Of a DNA stretch of 49,931 nt, positions 9,208-17,731 are shown one piece after another (the stretch's first letter is position 1; each line of letters opens with the position of its first letter). The DNA is from an uncultured Acidobacteriota bacterium (GTDB lineage Bacteria > Acidobacteriota > Polarisedimenticolia > J045). The notes beneath the pieces were generated by a model. It saw only the letters and a program-made list of their open reading frames with translations. It was not told the DNA's origin and searched no databases. The stretch covers positions 1-49,931 of the forward strand of contig CAZPJJ010000001.1 of NCBI GenBank assembly GCA_964586535.1, read 5' to 3'. Position numbers and translations under genes: made by a program.

Positions 9208-10125
9208 TCAGTGCACGATCTCCTCGAGTTCCGCAAGCAGAGTTCGGGCCCACATCTCGAGATCGTCCGCCGTCTTCTGATAGCCCGCGCTCTCCAGCGA
9301 ATCCGTGCTCGACGCGATTCCTCGCAGCCGGCGGGCCGCGCGGCGGTAGCTCGCCGCCAGATCGCGCGCGTTGGTCTCGTACGACGGTCCGCGCGTTCTG
9401 AGCCAGCGCAGCACCGCGGCGTCACCTTGGTCGATGGCCCGCAGCAAGTCCGCGCGCCCACTCGTCACCGAGCGATAGAGCTGCGCGGCATCGAGGCGGA
9501 CGCCGTGCGCGTGCGGCAGCGCGTCGTCGCGCGTGCGGTGCTGGAGCTCGATGACGACGCTTTGCAGCGACGAGAGCGCTCGCGCGCGGCCCGAGACGAC
9601 GCGGGACGCGCTCTCGTGCAGCGCTTCGCGCAAGTGCGGGATCGCCGACTGCACTTCCGCCCCCGACGCATTCGCGTAGAGGCTGACGCGCTGCCAGCTC
9701 GCCAGGCGTTCCGCGTGGGTGAGATCTCGCGGACCATGGTCCGGATCGTCGCCGCGCACGTCCGTGTCGACCTCGATCGGCAAGCGCGTCGTTGTCGCGT
9801 GCTCCTCGAATGTGTCGCGGACGTAGGTGGCGACCGCGAGCGCCCGGCGGCGCGCGAGCCCCACATGGGCCGGGGTTGCGCCGTGCCGATCCGCGAAGCC
9901 GATCGCGAGGAAGCGCAGCGGATGGACGTCGGTGGCGAGAAGCGCGCGGTACACGAACACCACCTCGTCGAGACGCTCGCGGTCAGACGCCTCGAGCGTG
10001 CTCGAGCCCGCCGCGAAGAAGACGCGCGACACCTCGTAGAGCGGCTCGCTGGTCGCCGCGTCCGCGGCAGGCGGTGGCTGCGCGACTTCCGAGGCGAATG
10101 GATCCGACCAGCTTTGCAGATGCAT
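9208..10125 (-). CDS. Hypothetical protein with an N-terminal OmpA/MotB-like domain and no signal peptide
   Basis: The ATG at 10125 is preceded by GAGGAGG plus 6 nt. IGFADRHGATPAHVGLARRRALAVATYV fits the OmpA_C pattern D..G....N.LS.RRA.AV..YL. The C-terminal half is helical and unrecognised. Confidence 0.5.
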   Translation of the reverse strand: MHLQSWSDPFASEVAQPPPAADAATSEPLYEVSRVFFAAGSSTLEASDRERLDEVVFVYRALLATDVHPLRFLAIGFADRHGATPAHVGLARRRALAVATYVRDTFEEHATTTRLPIEVDTDVRGDDPDHGPRDLTHAERLASWQRVSLYANASGAEVQSAIPHLREALHESASRVVSGRARALSSLQSVVIELQHRTRDDALPHAHGVRLDAAQLYRSVTSGRADLLRAIDQGDAAVLRWLRTRGPSYETNARDLAASYRRAARRLRGIASSTDSLESAGYQKTADDLEMWARTLLAELEEIVH

Positions 10126-10254
10126 GACGTACCTCCTCGCTGTCTGCCCTCGGGGAAGTTGGTCACGCCATCGCCCCGAGGGGCATCGTTTGTGTCGCTG
10201 TCGCATCAACGATTGTGCGCTTGATGAGGAGGTGAAGAGATGTGCGAACAGGAT

Positions 10255-10520
10255 TAACAGAGAGCTTTGCGGGACGGAGAGGGGGGGGAGAGGGATGGGG
10301 GAGCGGGAGCAGGGAGAGGGAGTGGAGGAAGTCGGAGGGGAGAGCGGGAAGCGAGTGTCGGAGCGGAGCGGTCCGAGGGCGACGGGAGAGCCGGCGGGAG
10401 GAGAGAGCGAGGAAGTGCCGGACGAAGGCGTCGATGAGACTCCTCGGCGCGGCGTGTTCGGGGGGGGGGAGGGAGAGGACGAGCGACGAGAGTCCCGCCG
10501 CGGTGTCGCGAGGTCGTGAA
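10255..10520 (+). other. Polypurine (GA-rich) non-coding tract with many G-runs (G-quadruplex/triplex-prone)
   Basis: The plus strand is almost purine-only over ~10255-10400. One example is GGGACGGAGAGGGGGGGGAGAGGGATGGGGGAGCGGGAGCAGGGAGAGGGAG at ~10271-10322. A G9-A-GGG run lies at 10461-10473. Confidence 0.7.
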
Positions 10521-10755
10521 GCGAGTCGCCGAGCGTCCAGAGCGAGGATCACTTGCGGTGTCGCGCGGGAGGCAGTCGCGGTGTTGCGCGGCGGCGCGCA
10601 GTGGTGCGCGGAAGCAGACGGAGAGGAGGACGCTGGACCTTGTATCGCGATCGATTCTCACGCGCCGCGATGCAGACGCATCGTGATCTGGAGATGGCGA
10701 CTCGTGCGCGCTCTAGTTCGGCGAGATCTCGCAGCGGAGGCGTGCGGCGTGGCGC

Positions 10756-11151
10756 GTCCTTCATAACCGGGGATCCCGTGTACACGGGTGGTGCCGACGT
10801 GAACGACCGCCCACGCGGGGGTGCCGTGCTGCAAGATTCCGCGGCCCGCTCCCACTGTGATCCATCGAGATCTTTCATTCGAGGGGGTCCCGTGTACACG
10901 GGAGGCCATGAATTGAAGGATCGCGCGCTGCGAACGATCGGCGGCGTGCAGCGATCTTGCAAAACGAGGGGTCCCGTGTAGCGCGTCTTTCAAAACCGGT
11001 GGTCCCGTGTACACGGGTGGTGCCGAAATGAAAGACCGCCCACACGGGGGGTGTCGTTTTGCAAGATTCCTCGGCACGCGCTCGCCATGGTTCGCCGAGG
11101 TCCTTCATTTGAGGGCGTCCCGTGTACACGGGTGGTGTCGAAATGAAATTC
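10756..11151. repeat. Cluster of REP-like extragenic palindromes (4 complete plus 1 truncated), arranged as two ~230-bp higher-order units
   Basis: The perfect 14-bp palindrome CCCGTGTACACGGG occurs at 10774, 10888, 11003 and 11118. A truncated copy CCCGTGTA lies at 10972. Each full copy sits in a ~50-bp imperfect palindrome TCYTTCA...TGAARGA. Unit 10756-10839 resembles 10985-11069 (about 85% identity by eye), and 10870-10918 resembles 11100-11151. Confidence 0.85.
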
Positions 11152-11263
11152 CGTTCACGCAGGTCGCCTCGCATGCCCCGCGCCCAGTGCGCGATGCCGT
11201 GGCGGGTACTCGATGAAGCAGCGTCCGCTTCGGCGACTCTCTGATTGCGACCGCGATCTTTCG

Positions 11264-12211
11264 TCATCGAAGGTGTCGGTAGCAGGACCAGCGGGGCGTG
11301 AGGCGTAGGTCGCCGTCGCTGAGGCCGGCGAAGCGCGGATCGCCGGCGATACGGAGAATGACCTTCGTCGCGGCGTCGAGCGCAGCGCCGCGCTGAAGCC
11401 GACGTCTCCATACCGTCGTGGTCGACATCTTCAGTACATCCGCCACCTCCCCGACCCGCGCATTGCTCAACGCGAGCGACGCGGTGACGAGCAGGGTCGC
11501 GACGTCGCGGCGCCCCGCGAACAGCGAGACGGGCGTGCGCGTCGCGGCGCTGACGGCGTCGACGACGACCTGCAGCGGCAGCCGCTCCGTGCGCGCGTCG
11601 GCAATGGGCGGCGGCGCGGCACCCGCCGCATCGGCTGCGTCGCCGCAGACGAACGCGTGGAAGCGGGCGCCATCGTCGGTGGGCTTGACGATGGGCGGGA
11701 CGGCGCAGCCGAGCGCGTCCCGGTGCGTGGAGAAGGGCCAGGCGAGGGGATCGTCGACGAGGCCGCCGCGGCAGGGGTTGAGGTGGATGTAGCGGTGCGT
11801 CCGCAGGAGCTGGGCGCGGCCGTGCACGGGCGTGCACACCTCGCGATGCACGACGACGGCCCCGCGCAGCCCGTGCCCGCGATTGCGCCACTGCGCGAAA
11901 CCGTTGAGCGCGTCCGCGAGGCGCTGGCGCTCGGCGTCGTCGCGCAGGATGGCGTGCAGGTGGTCGGGCATGAGCACGAGCGCGAGCGGCGTCATGCGCG
12001 CGACGATCCTCGTCCACAAAGCGAGCGCCTCGCTCCACGTCGCGAAGAGCAGCGTCCCTGGCTGAGAGCGAACGATGGCGTGAATCACGACGCGAGAATA
12101 GGGCGCGACGGCTCGCCATGGACGGCCTCCGCGCGTCGACGTTGCCAACGCGGGACGCGGGACTCGGGACGCGGGAGGCGAGATCGTGGCGCGCTCTCCC
12201 GGTGAGGCCAC
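11264..12211 (-). CDS. REP-associated tyrosine transposase (IS200/IS605-like Y1/HUH transposase) with a C-terminal HTH
   Basis: The HUH motif lies in LVLMPDHLHAIL. The catalytic-Tyr motif THRYIHLNPCRGGLVDDPLAWPFSTH is present. The C-terminal segment LALSNARVGEVADVLKMSTTTVWRRRL is HTH-like. The gene is directly adjacent to the REP cluster. The exact start is uncertain. Confidence 0.8.
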   Translation of the reverse strand: MASPGERATISPPASRVPRPALATSTRGGRPWRAVAPYSRVVIHAIVRSQPGTLLFATWSEALALWTRIVARMTPLALVLMPDHLHAILRDDAERQRLADALNGFAQWRNRGHGLRGAVVVHREVCTPVHGRAQLLRTHRYIHLNPCRGGLVDDPLAWPFSTHRDALGCAVPPIVKPTDDGARFHAFVCGDAADAAGAAPPPIADARTERLPLQVVVDAVSAATRTPVSLFAGRRDVATLLVTASLALSNARVGEVADVLKMSTTTVWRRRLQRGAALDAATKVILRIAGDPRFAGLSDGDLRLTPRWSCYRHLR

Positions 12212-12491
12212 GGCGAGTTCGCATCGCAGTCGCTAACGTGCCGCGCACTTGCCGCTTCGCGGCTCCCTCGCCTCGTCGCGGCGCGATCGCATCGCTCTCG
12301 CCGTAGCGCCATCGCCTTCCCGGACCGCGATCCTCTTGCCGCCCCGCCGCCGTATCGCTCTCACCGCGACGCCACCTCGCCCGCGCGATCGCATCGATCT
12401 TGACGCCGCTGCCCCCACTCTCCCCCTGCATCCCACGGCTCGCTCCGCTATCGTGGAGCTCACGAGCACCTCGACACGAAAGGAGATCGCC

Positions 12492-13364
12492 ATGCAAGAC
12501 CCCGCCATGCAGAGCTCGACTCGCGAGACGACGACGATCGTGATCGCGATCGTCGCGGTGATCGTCGCGGCCCTCGGCGGTTGGTGGTTCGGCAGAAGCG
12601 GCTCGCGGCCCCCCATCGCCACGGGCGAGATCGACGCGCCAACAGCCGCCGAGCCGGCGCCTCTCGACGGCCCGCCCTCCTCCGCAGGCTCCGACACCGC
12701 ACCGCCCGCAATCGATCCGCGCTGGCGAAGCGCGTTCGACGAGACGCTGGCGTGGGGCGACACGCCGCCCGCGGCGTCGTCGTGCCCCGCGATCGATCGC
12801 GATCTCGCCGAGCTCTGCGCCGCGAGCGGCTTCCCCTGCGACGCCGCGAAGCGCGCCGCGATCGCGCTGGCGAAGAGCCCGCCGGTGGCGTCCGGCGAGA
12901 TCCATCGCCTCGATGCGATCGTCGGCAACGCGTTCCACGTCTTCCGCACGCTGGGCCGCGCCGACACGCGGCTCTTGATCGACGCGGCGCGCGCACCGGG
13001 CTTCGACGAGGAGGCGCACGCGATCGCGCTCTATCGCTGGGCCGCCTCGCGCGAGGCCTGCGGCACGGGCGACGAGCGCGTGCTCACGCTGGCGGTTCTC
13101 GACGACTACGCCGTCTTCGCGCTCTCGACGCTCGGCGGACAGGCGTACCTGCGCCGGCGCGCGCCCGCGGTCGAGGGCATCGCGTCGTTCTATGCGCTGG
13201 CGATCGTCGATCGCGCGCTGCGCGAGGGGGAGGAGCGGCACGGCCTCGACCCGCGCGCGCACGCGGCGCGGACGCGCGCGCTGCTCCGCGACGATGCCGT
13301 CGCTCTCGGCGCGGAGTATCGAGACGCCCTCGATCGCATGAGTGCGCGCTGGGGATCGCTCTGA
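12492..13364 (+). CDS. Hypothetical membrane-anchored protein
   Basis: The ATG at 12492 is preceded by AAGGAG plus 6 nt. It has a single N-terminal TM (TTTIVIAIVAVIVAALGGWWF). I recognise no domain. The longer 12249 start would add an Arg/Pro-rich tail with no RBS. Confidence 0.55.
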   Translation: MQDPAMQSSTRETTTIVIAIVAVIVAALGGWWFGRSGSRPPIATGEIDAPTAAEPAPLDGPPSSAGSDTAPPAIDPRWRSAFDETLAWGDTPPAASSCPAIDRDLAELCAASGFPCDAAKRAAIALAKSPPVASGEIHRLDAIVGNAFHVFRTLGRADTRLLIDAARAPGFDEEAHAIALYRWAASREACGTGDERVLTLAVLDDYAVFALSTLGGQAYLRRRAPAVEGIASFYALAIVDRALREGEERHGLDPRAHAARTRALLRDDAVALGAEYRDALDRMSARWGSL

Positions 13365-13454
13365 GGCGCGGCGCTACGCGCTACGCACGACGCACGACGC
13401 ACGACACACCGCGCTCGCGCCTCACCTCACGCCGCCCCTCGCTCGCCCGCGCCC

Positions 13455-14444
13455 TCAGCTCGTCGCGGCCGTCGTTGCCGCGACGGACGTGGCGACGCTC
13501 GCTCCAATCACCGCTGCCATGACGGCGGCCTGTTGCGCGGCGAGCGCGGCCTGCGTCGCCTGAAGCGCCGCGGCGTCGGTCGTGCCGAGCGACGACTGCG
13601 CGTGCTCGGCGAGCAGCAGCCCCGTGGCGAGCGTGAAGGCGAGATCCGCCATGGGCTTCGGCTTGACCGCGCGCAGCGCGGCGACGCGCACTTCGACGCC
13701 GCGCGCGACCGTCGCGGGGCTGCCCTCGGTGAGCGTGAGCAGCGCGAGCTCGTCGTAGTGCGACGACGTCGTCTTGATGCCGCGCGTGCGCAGCGCATCG
13801 CGGATTCCCGCGAAGCGCGAGGAGACGACCGCGGGGCTCGCCTGGTGCAGCGCGAGAAGGTGCGATGCGAACTGGAGCTGATTGCCGCGCGAGAACTTGG
13901 CCGCGCGCGTGCGCTCGTAGATGTTCTCGATCGTCGTGTTGGTCGCGTGCACGTCGCGGTCGTGAAGGGCGTGGAGCGCCGCCATCGGGTAGTCGTCTTG
14001 GCCGGTCAGCCAGAAGTGGGCGTCGCGCCAGGCGTCGTAGAACGCTCGCATGCGGCGGACGCGCTCGGCGGGGGCCGGCTTGCCGCCCTCGCGCAGCACG
14101 AGGATCAGCGCGGCCATCGTCGCCGAGAGACCCGACCGCGCGAGCTTGACCGCGCGAAAAGACTCGCGTGTCTCGCGTACGGCGGCGTGGGTGCGCGCGG
14201 GGTCCAGGTCGGCCTTGAGGATGAGCGCCGCCACGGAGTAGCGCAGCGACGATCGCAGCGGGCTCGTCCAGCGCGCATTGGCCTTCAGCGTCTCGGCGGC
14301 GGCCTCGAGGCGATCGGCGTTGGCGCGATCGCCGGCGAAGGTGAGCGTGAGCGCGGCGAAGCGCAGGCTGTTAACGTCGGTGCTCCACCGCTTGCGCGCC
14401 TGGAGCTTGGCGAACACGTCGAGATAGTTCGTGACGGCGTCCAT
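13455..14444 (-). CDS. Hypothetical protein (possibly DUF4003-like), Ala-rich C-terminal tail
   Basis: This is a 329-aa ORF with protein-like composition. The N-terminal pattern LQARKRWSTDVNSLRFAALTLTF and RSSLRYSVAALIL loosely recalls DUF4003. That assignment is from memory only. Confidence 0.45.
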   Translation of the reverse strand: MDAVTNYLDVFAKLQARKRWSTDVNSLRFAALTLTFAGDRANADRLEAAAETLKANARWTSPLRSSLRYSVAALILKADLDPARTHAAVRETRESFRAVKLARSGLSATMAALILVLREGGKPAPAERVRRMRAFYDAWRDAHFWLTGQDDYPMAALHALHDRDVHATNTTIENIYERTRAAKFSRGNQLQFASHLLALHQASPAVVSSRFAGIRDALRTRGIKTTSSHYDELALLTLTEGSPATVARGVEVRVAALRAVKPKPMADLAFTLATGLLLAEHAQSSLGTTDAAALQATQAALAAQQAAVMAAVIGASVATSVAATTAATS

Positions 14445-14564
14445 CGCTGGGGGTGACCTCCGCGCGGGATGATACGGCGCTTCGACCGGCTCGGGGGCGG
14501 CCTCATTCGCTCCCCGCAGACGACGTCTCTGCTCCCGCTCCTGGGCCGGGCACCCACGCCTCCG

Positions 14565-15662
14565 TCAGTCGAGCCGCTTCCTGAACCGCAGCGACGCCGT
14601 GGTGAGCACCGCGGCGGCGAAGCCGCAGAGGATCGCGCCCTCGCGCCAGAGCATCTCGAGGCCGGAGCCCTTGAGGAAGACGCCGCGCACGATGTCGGTG
14701 TAGTAGCGCATCGGGATCGCCCAGGTGATCGCCTGGATGGGCGCGGGCATGTTCTCGATCGGAAAGATCAGCCCCGAGAGATAAATCATCGGGAGCATGA
14801 GCGCGAACATCGAGAGGAGCATGGCCTGCTGCTGCGTGCGCACGATGGTCGAGACGAGCAGGCCGAGGCCGAGCAGGGTCGCCATGACGGGCACGGAGAG
14901 CAGGGCGAGCACGGCAAGGGAGCCCGCGAAGCGGACCTCGAAGAACCACACGGCGAAGATCGTCACGAGGATGAGATCGATCATGCCGATGACGAAGTAG
15001 GGGAGGAGCTTGCCGACGATGAGCTCCCAGGAGCGCAGCGGGGTGACCATCACCTGCTCGAGCGTGCCGATCTCTTTCTCGCGGACGATGGCCATCGAGG
15101 GGGAGATCATCGTGACCATCATGAGCACCATGACGATGATCGCGGGCACGTAGAACCAGCGCGAGCGGAGCTCGGGGTTGTACCAGACGCGCGGCTCGAC
15201 GACGACGTTGGGACCGATGACGCGGGCGGGGGCGTGCGCGTCGGCGAGCAGCCCCTGGGCGTAGCCGAGCCCGAGCGTCGCTGCGGTGGAGTCGGAGCCG
15301 TCGGCGACGAGCTGGATCGTGAGCGGCCGGCCGCCGGCGAGCGATTCGCCGTAGCCCTCGGGGATGATCACGGCGATGTCGGCGGAGCCTTCGATGAGCG
15401 CCGGCGTGATCTCGGCGGGCTGGGCGTGGACGCCGACGATGTCGAAGTAGCGCGATTCGGCGATCGTCTCGCCGAGCGTGAGACTCGCCGCGGAGCGGTC
15501 GCGGTCGACGAAGAGCACGCGGACGTCGGTGACGTCCAGGTTGGCGGCGTAGCCGAAGACGATGAGCTGGATGATCGGCGCGATGACGACCATGCCGACC
15601 ATGCTGCGGTCGCGGCGCAACTGCTGCGCCTCTTTCCTGACGACGTGGAAAAGCCGGATCAT
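14565..15662 (-). CDS. ABC-2 type transporter permease (YbhR/YbhS-like)
   Basis: The N-terminus MIRLFHVVRKEAQQLRRDRSMVGMVVIAPIIQL is typical. A large extracytoplasmic loop is followed by 5 C-terminal TMs. The start overlaps the upstream stop (ATGA at 15659-15662). Confidence 0.9.
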   Translation of the reverse strand: MIRLFHVVRKEAQQLRRDRSMVGMVVIAPIIQLIVFGYAANLDVTDVRVLFVDRDRSAASLTLGETIAESRYFDIVGVHAQPAEITPALIEGSADIAVIIPEGYGESLAGGRPLTIQLVADGSDSTAATLGLGYAQGLLADAHAPARVIGPNVVVEPRVWYNPELRSRWFYVPAIIVMVLMMVTMISPSMAIVREKEIGTLEQVMVTPLRSWELIVGKLLPYFVIGMIDLILVTIFAVWFFEVRFAGSLAVLALLSVPVMATLLGLGLLVSTIVRTQQQAMLLSMFALMLPMIYLSGLIFPIENMPAPIQAITWAIPMRYYTDIVRGVFLKGSGLEMLWREGAILCGFAAAVLTTASLRFRKRLD

Positions 15663-16777
15663 CGACGCACCTCGGCGCGCGCGAGGCGCACGAAGGCCCA
15701 GCCGAAGACGAGCACGGCGTAGAGCCCGAGGAAGAGCATCTGGTCGGGGTAGGGGCCGAGACCGGTGCCTTTGAGCATGATTCCGCGCACGACGGTGAGG
15801 TAGTAGCGGGCGGGGACGACGTGGGAAACGACCTGCAGCGGCAAAGGCATCGAGCGCAGCGGAAAGATGAATCCCGAGAGGAAGATCGCGGGGAGCATCG
15901 AGACGAGCGTCGCGGCCTGGAAGGCGAGGGCCTGCGAGGCGAAGACGCTCGAGACGAGCAGCCCGAGGCCGAGCGCGCCGATGAGATAGACGAGCGTCAC
16001 GGCGAAGAGCGCGCCGTAGGAGCCGCGCACGGGCACGCCGAAGAGCACCTGCGCCGCGCCGACGATCGTTGCCGCGGCGAGGAGCGAGATGAGCAGATAG
16101 GGGATCACCTTGCCCGCGAGGAGCGCGGTCGTGCCCATCGGTGATACCTGAAGCTGCTCCATGGTGCCGCGCTCTTTCTCGCGCACGATCGAAAGCGCGG
16201 TCGAGACGACGGCGGTGATCATCAGGATGAAACCCATCAGGCCCGGTACGAGGAAGTGGCTCGACGTGAGTTCGGGGTTGAACCACACGCGGGGCTCGAG
16301 GGTGACGAGAACTGGCGCGTTCCCCGTGGGGTCGCGGAAGGCGAGGCTCGCCTCGCCGGCGATCGCGGTCGCGTACGAGAGCACGGTCGATGCGGTGGTC
16401 GCGTCCGAGCCGTCGATCAAGATCTGCACCGGCGCCGTGCCGCCCCCGAGAAGGGTCGCGCCATAATTCTCGGGAATCACGAGCACCGCCTTGGCCACGC
16501 GGCGCTCGAAGAGAGGCTCGACGGGCGCTCCGGGCGGCAGGACGTCGACGATGTCGAAGGAGCGGGAGCGGGTGAAGTCCGCGAGCAACGCGCGGCTCTC
16601 GGCGGAGAGATCGCGGTCCTGCACGGCGAGCTTGACGTGCTCCACGTCGAAATTGAGCGCGTAGCCGTAGAGCAGCAGCATCAGCGCGGGGACGCCGACC
16701 AGCATTGCGAGGCTGAGCGGATCGCGGCGGATCTGCCGGAACTCCTTGATCGCGACGGCGAGGACGGCGCGGATCAT
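15659..16777 (-). CDS. ABC-2 type transporter permease (YbhS/YbhR-like)
   Basis: The N-terminus is MIRAVLAVAIKEFRQIRRDPLSLAMLVGVPALML. It is a paralogue of the downstream permease. There is an ATGA overlap with the upstream ATPase gene at 16774-16777. Confidence 0.9.
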   Translation of the reverse strand: MIRAVLAVAIKEFRQIRRDPLSLAMLVGVPALMLLLYGYALNFDVEHVKLAVQDRDLSAESRALLADFTRSRSFDIVDVLPPGAPVEPLFERRVAKAVLVIPENYGATLLGGGTAPVQILIDGSDATTASTVLSYATAIAGEASLAFRDPTGNAPVLVTLEPRVWFNPELTSSHFLVPGLMGFILMITAVVSTALSIVREKERGTMEQLQVSPMGTTALLAGKVIPYLLISLLAAATIVGAAQVLFGVPVRGSYGALFAVTLVYLIGALGLGLLVSSVFASQALAFQAATLVSMLPAIFLSGFIFPLRSMPLPLQVVSHVVPARYYLTVVRGIMLKGTGLGPYPDQMLFLGLYAVLVFGWAFVRLARAEVRR

Positions 16778-17730
16778 GGCGCCGCCCCCACGGTCCCGTT
16801 GGCCTCGGCGCTCTCGATCGCCTGGATGAACACGTCCTCGAGCGAGGGTCGGATCGAATCGACACGCGCCGGGCCGAAGCCCGCGGCGTCGAGGGCGTCG
16901 CGCAGCCGGGCGCCGGCGGCGGGATCGCCGGCGGGCACGACGACGTGCAGCCGACTGCCGAAGAGCTGCACATCGAGGACGCCTTGCCGCGCGCGCAGCC
17001 ACGAGACGGCATCGAGCACGCGCGGCGAGCGCACTTGATAGAGCGCGCGGTCGGCGAGGAGCGCCCGCATGTCCGCGAGCGTGCCGTGCGCGATCAGTTT
17101 GCCGGCGTGCATGAGCGCGAGCCGCTGGCAGTGCTCGGCCTCGTCGAGATAGTGCGTCGTCACGACGAGCGTCACGCCCTCCGCGGCCATTTCCTCGATC
17201 ACCTTCCAGAACTCGCGCCGCGAGATGGGATCGACGCCGCCGGTCGGCTCGTCGAGAAAGACGAGGCGCGGCCGGTGGAGCACGGCGCAGGAGAGCGCGA
17301 GGCGCTGCCGCCAGCCCGGCGGAAGGTCGGCGGTCGGTGCGTCCTCGCGGCCGGAGAGCTCCGAGACGCCGATGGCCCAGCGCACGCGCTCGTCGAGGTC
17401 GCGCCCGGAGAGACCGTACACGCCGCCGAAGAAGGTCAGATTCTGCCGCGGCGTCAGGTCGAGGTAGAGCGAGAAGCGCTGGCTCATGTAGCCGATCGCG
17501 CGCTTGACGCGCTCGGGCTCGCGGGCGACGTCGATACCGAGGACGGTCGCGCGCCCGGAGGTCGGCGCGAGCAGCCCGCAGAGCATGCGGATCGCCGTCG
17601 ACTTGCCCGCGCCGTTGCTGCCGAGAAAGCCGAAGACCTCGCCCGCCGCGACCTCGAGATCGAGCGCGTCGACGGCGACGAAGGGTCCGAAGCGCTTGGT
17701 GAGCTGCTCGGTGTGCACGGCGAGCGACAT
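16774..17730 (-). CDS. ABC transporter ATP-binding protein (second half-equivalent of YbhF)
   Basis: Walker A is GSNGAGKST. The signature/Q-loop region and Walker B LVFLDEPTGGVD are present. The start lies 1 nt after the TolC-like stop. Confidence 0.9.
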   Translation of the reverse strand: MSLAVHTEQLTKRFGPFVAVDALDLEVAAGEVFGFLGSNGAGKSTAIRMLCGLLAPTSGRATVLGIDVAREPERVKRAIGYMSQRFSLYLDLTPRQNLTFFGGVYGLSGRDLDERVRWAIGVSELSGREDAPTADLPPGWRQRLALSCAVLHRPRLVFLDEPTGGVDPISRREFWKVIEEMAAEGVTLVVTTHYLDEAEHCQRLALMHAGKLIAHGTLADMRALLADRALYQVRSPRVLDAVSWLRARQGVLDVQLFGSRLHVVVPAGDPAAGARLRDALDAAGFGPARVDSIRPSLEDVFIQAIESAEANGTVGAAP

Positions 17731-17731
17731 G

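Noticed and set aside
10124-10519. 131-aa ORF encoding a Gly/Glu-rich acidic protein.
   Set aside because: It is the translation of the polypurine tract. It is extreme low-complexity sequence with no RBS, and it overlaps the start region of the opposite-strand OmpA-like gene.
10549-11077. ORFs 10549-10962 and 10658-11077 (minus) and 10553-10981 (plus) show recurring PPVYTG(P/G)P...MKD peptide repeats.
   Set aside because: The peptide repeats are simply the translation of the CCCGTGTACACGGG palindromes in several frames. The rest of each ORF is Arg/Pro-rich with no start context.
10756-11151. Possible CRISPR array, because of repeated ~35-50-bp units.
   Set aside because: The repeats are themselves long palindromes. 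Spacing is irregular (114, 84, 31 and 115 bp between cores). The 'spacers' are repeated too, as higher-order 230-bp units. No cas genes are present. The adjacent gene is a RAYT, so REP elements explain the pattern.
12249-12491. An upstream start (12249) would make the membrane-anchored protein 371 aa.
   Set aside because: The extension is Arg/Pro-rich (SRRDRIALAVAPSPSRTAILLPPRRRIALTATPPRPRDRI) and lacks an RBS. ATG 12492 has AAGGAG at ideal spacing and is followed directly by the TM helix.
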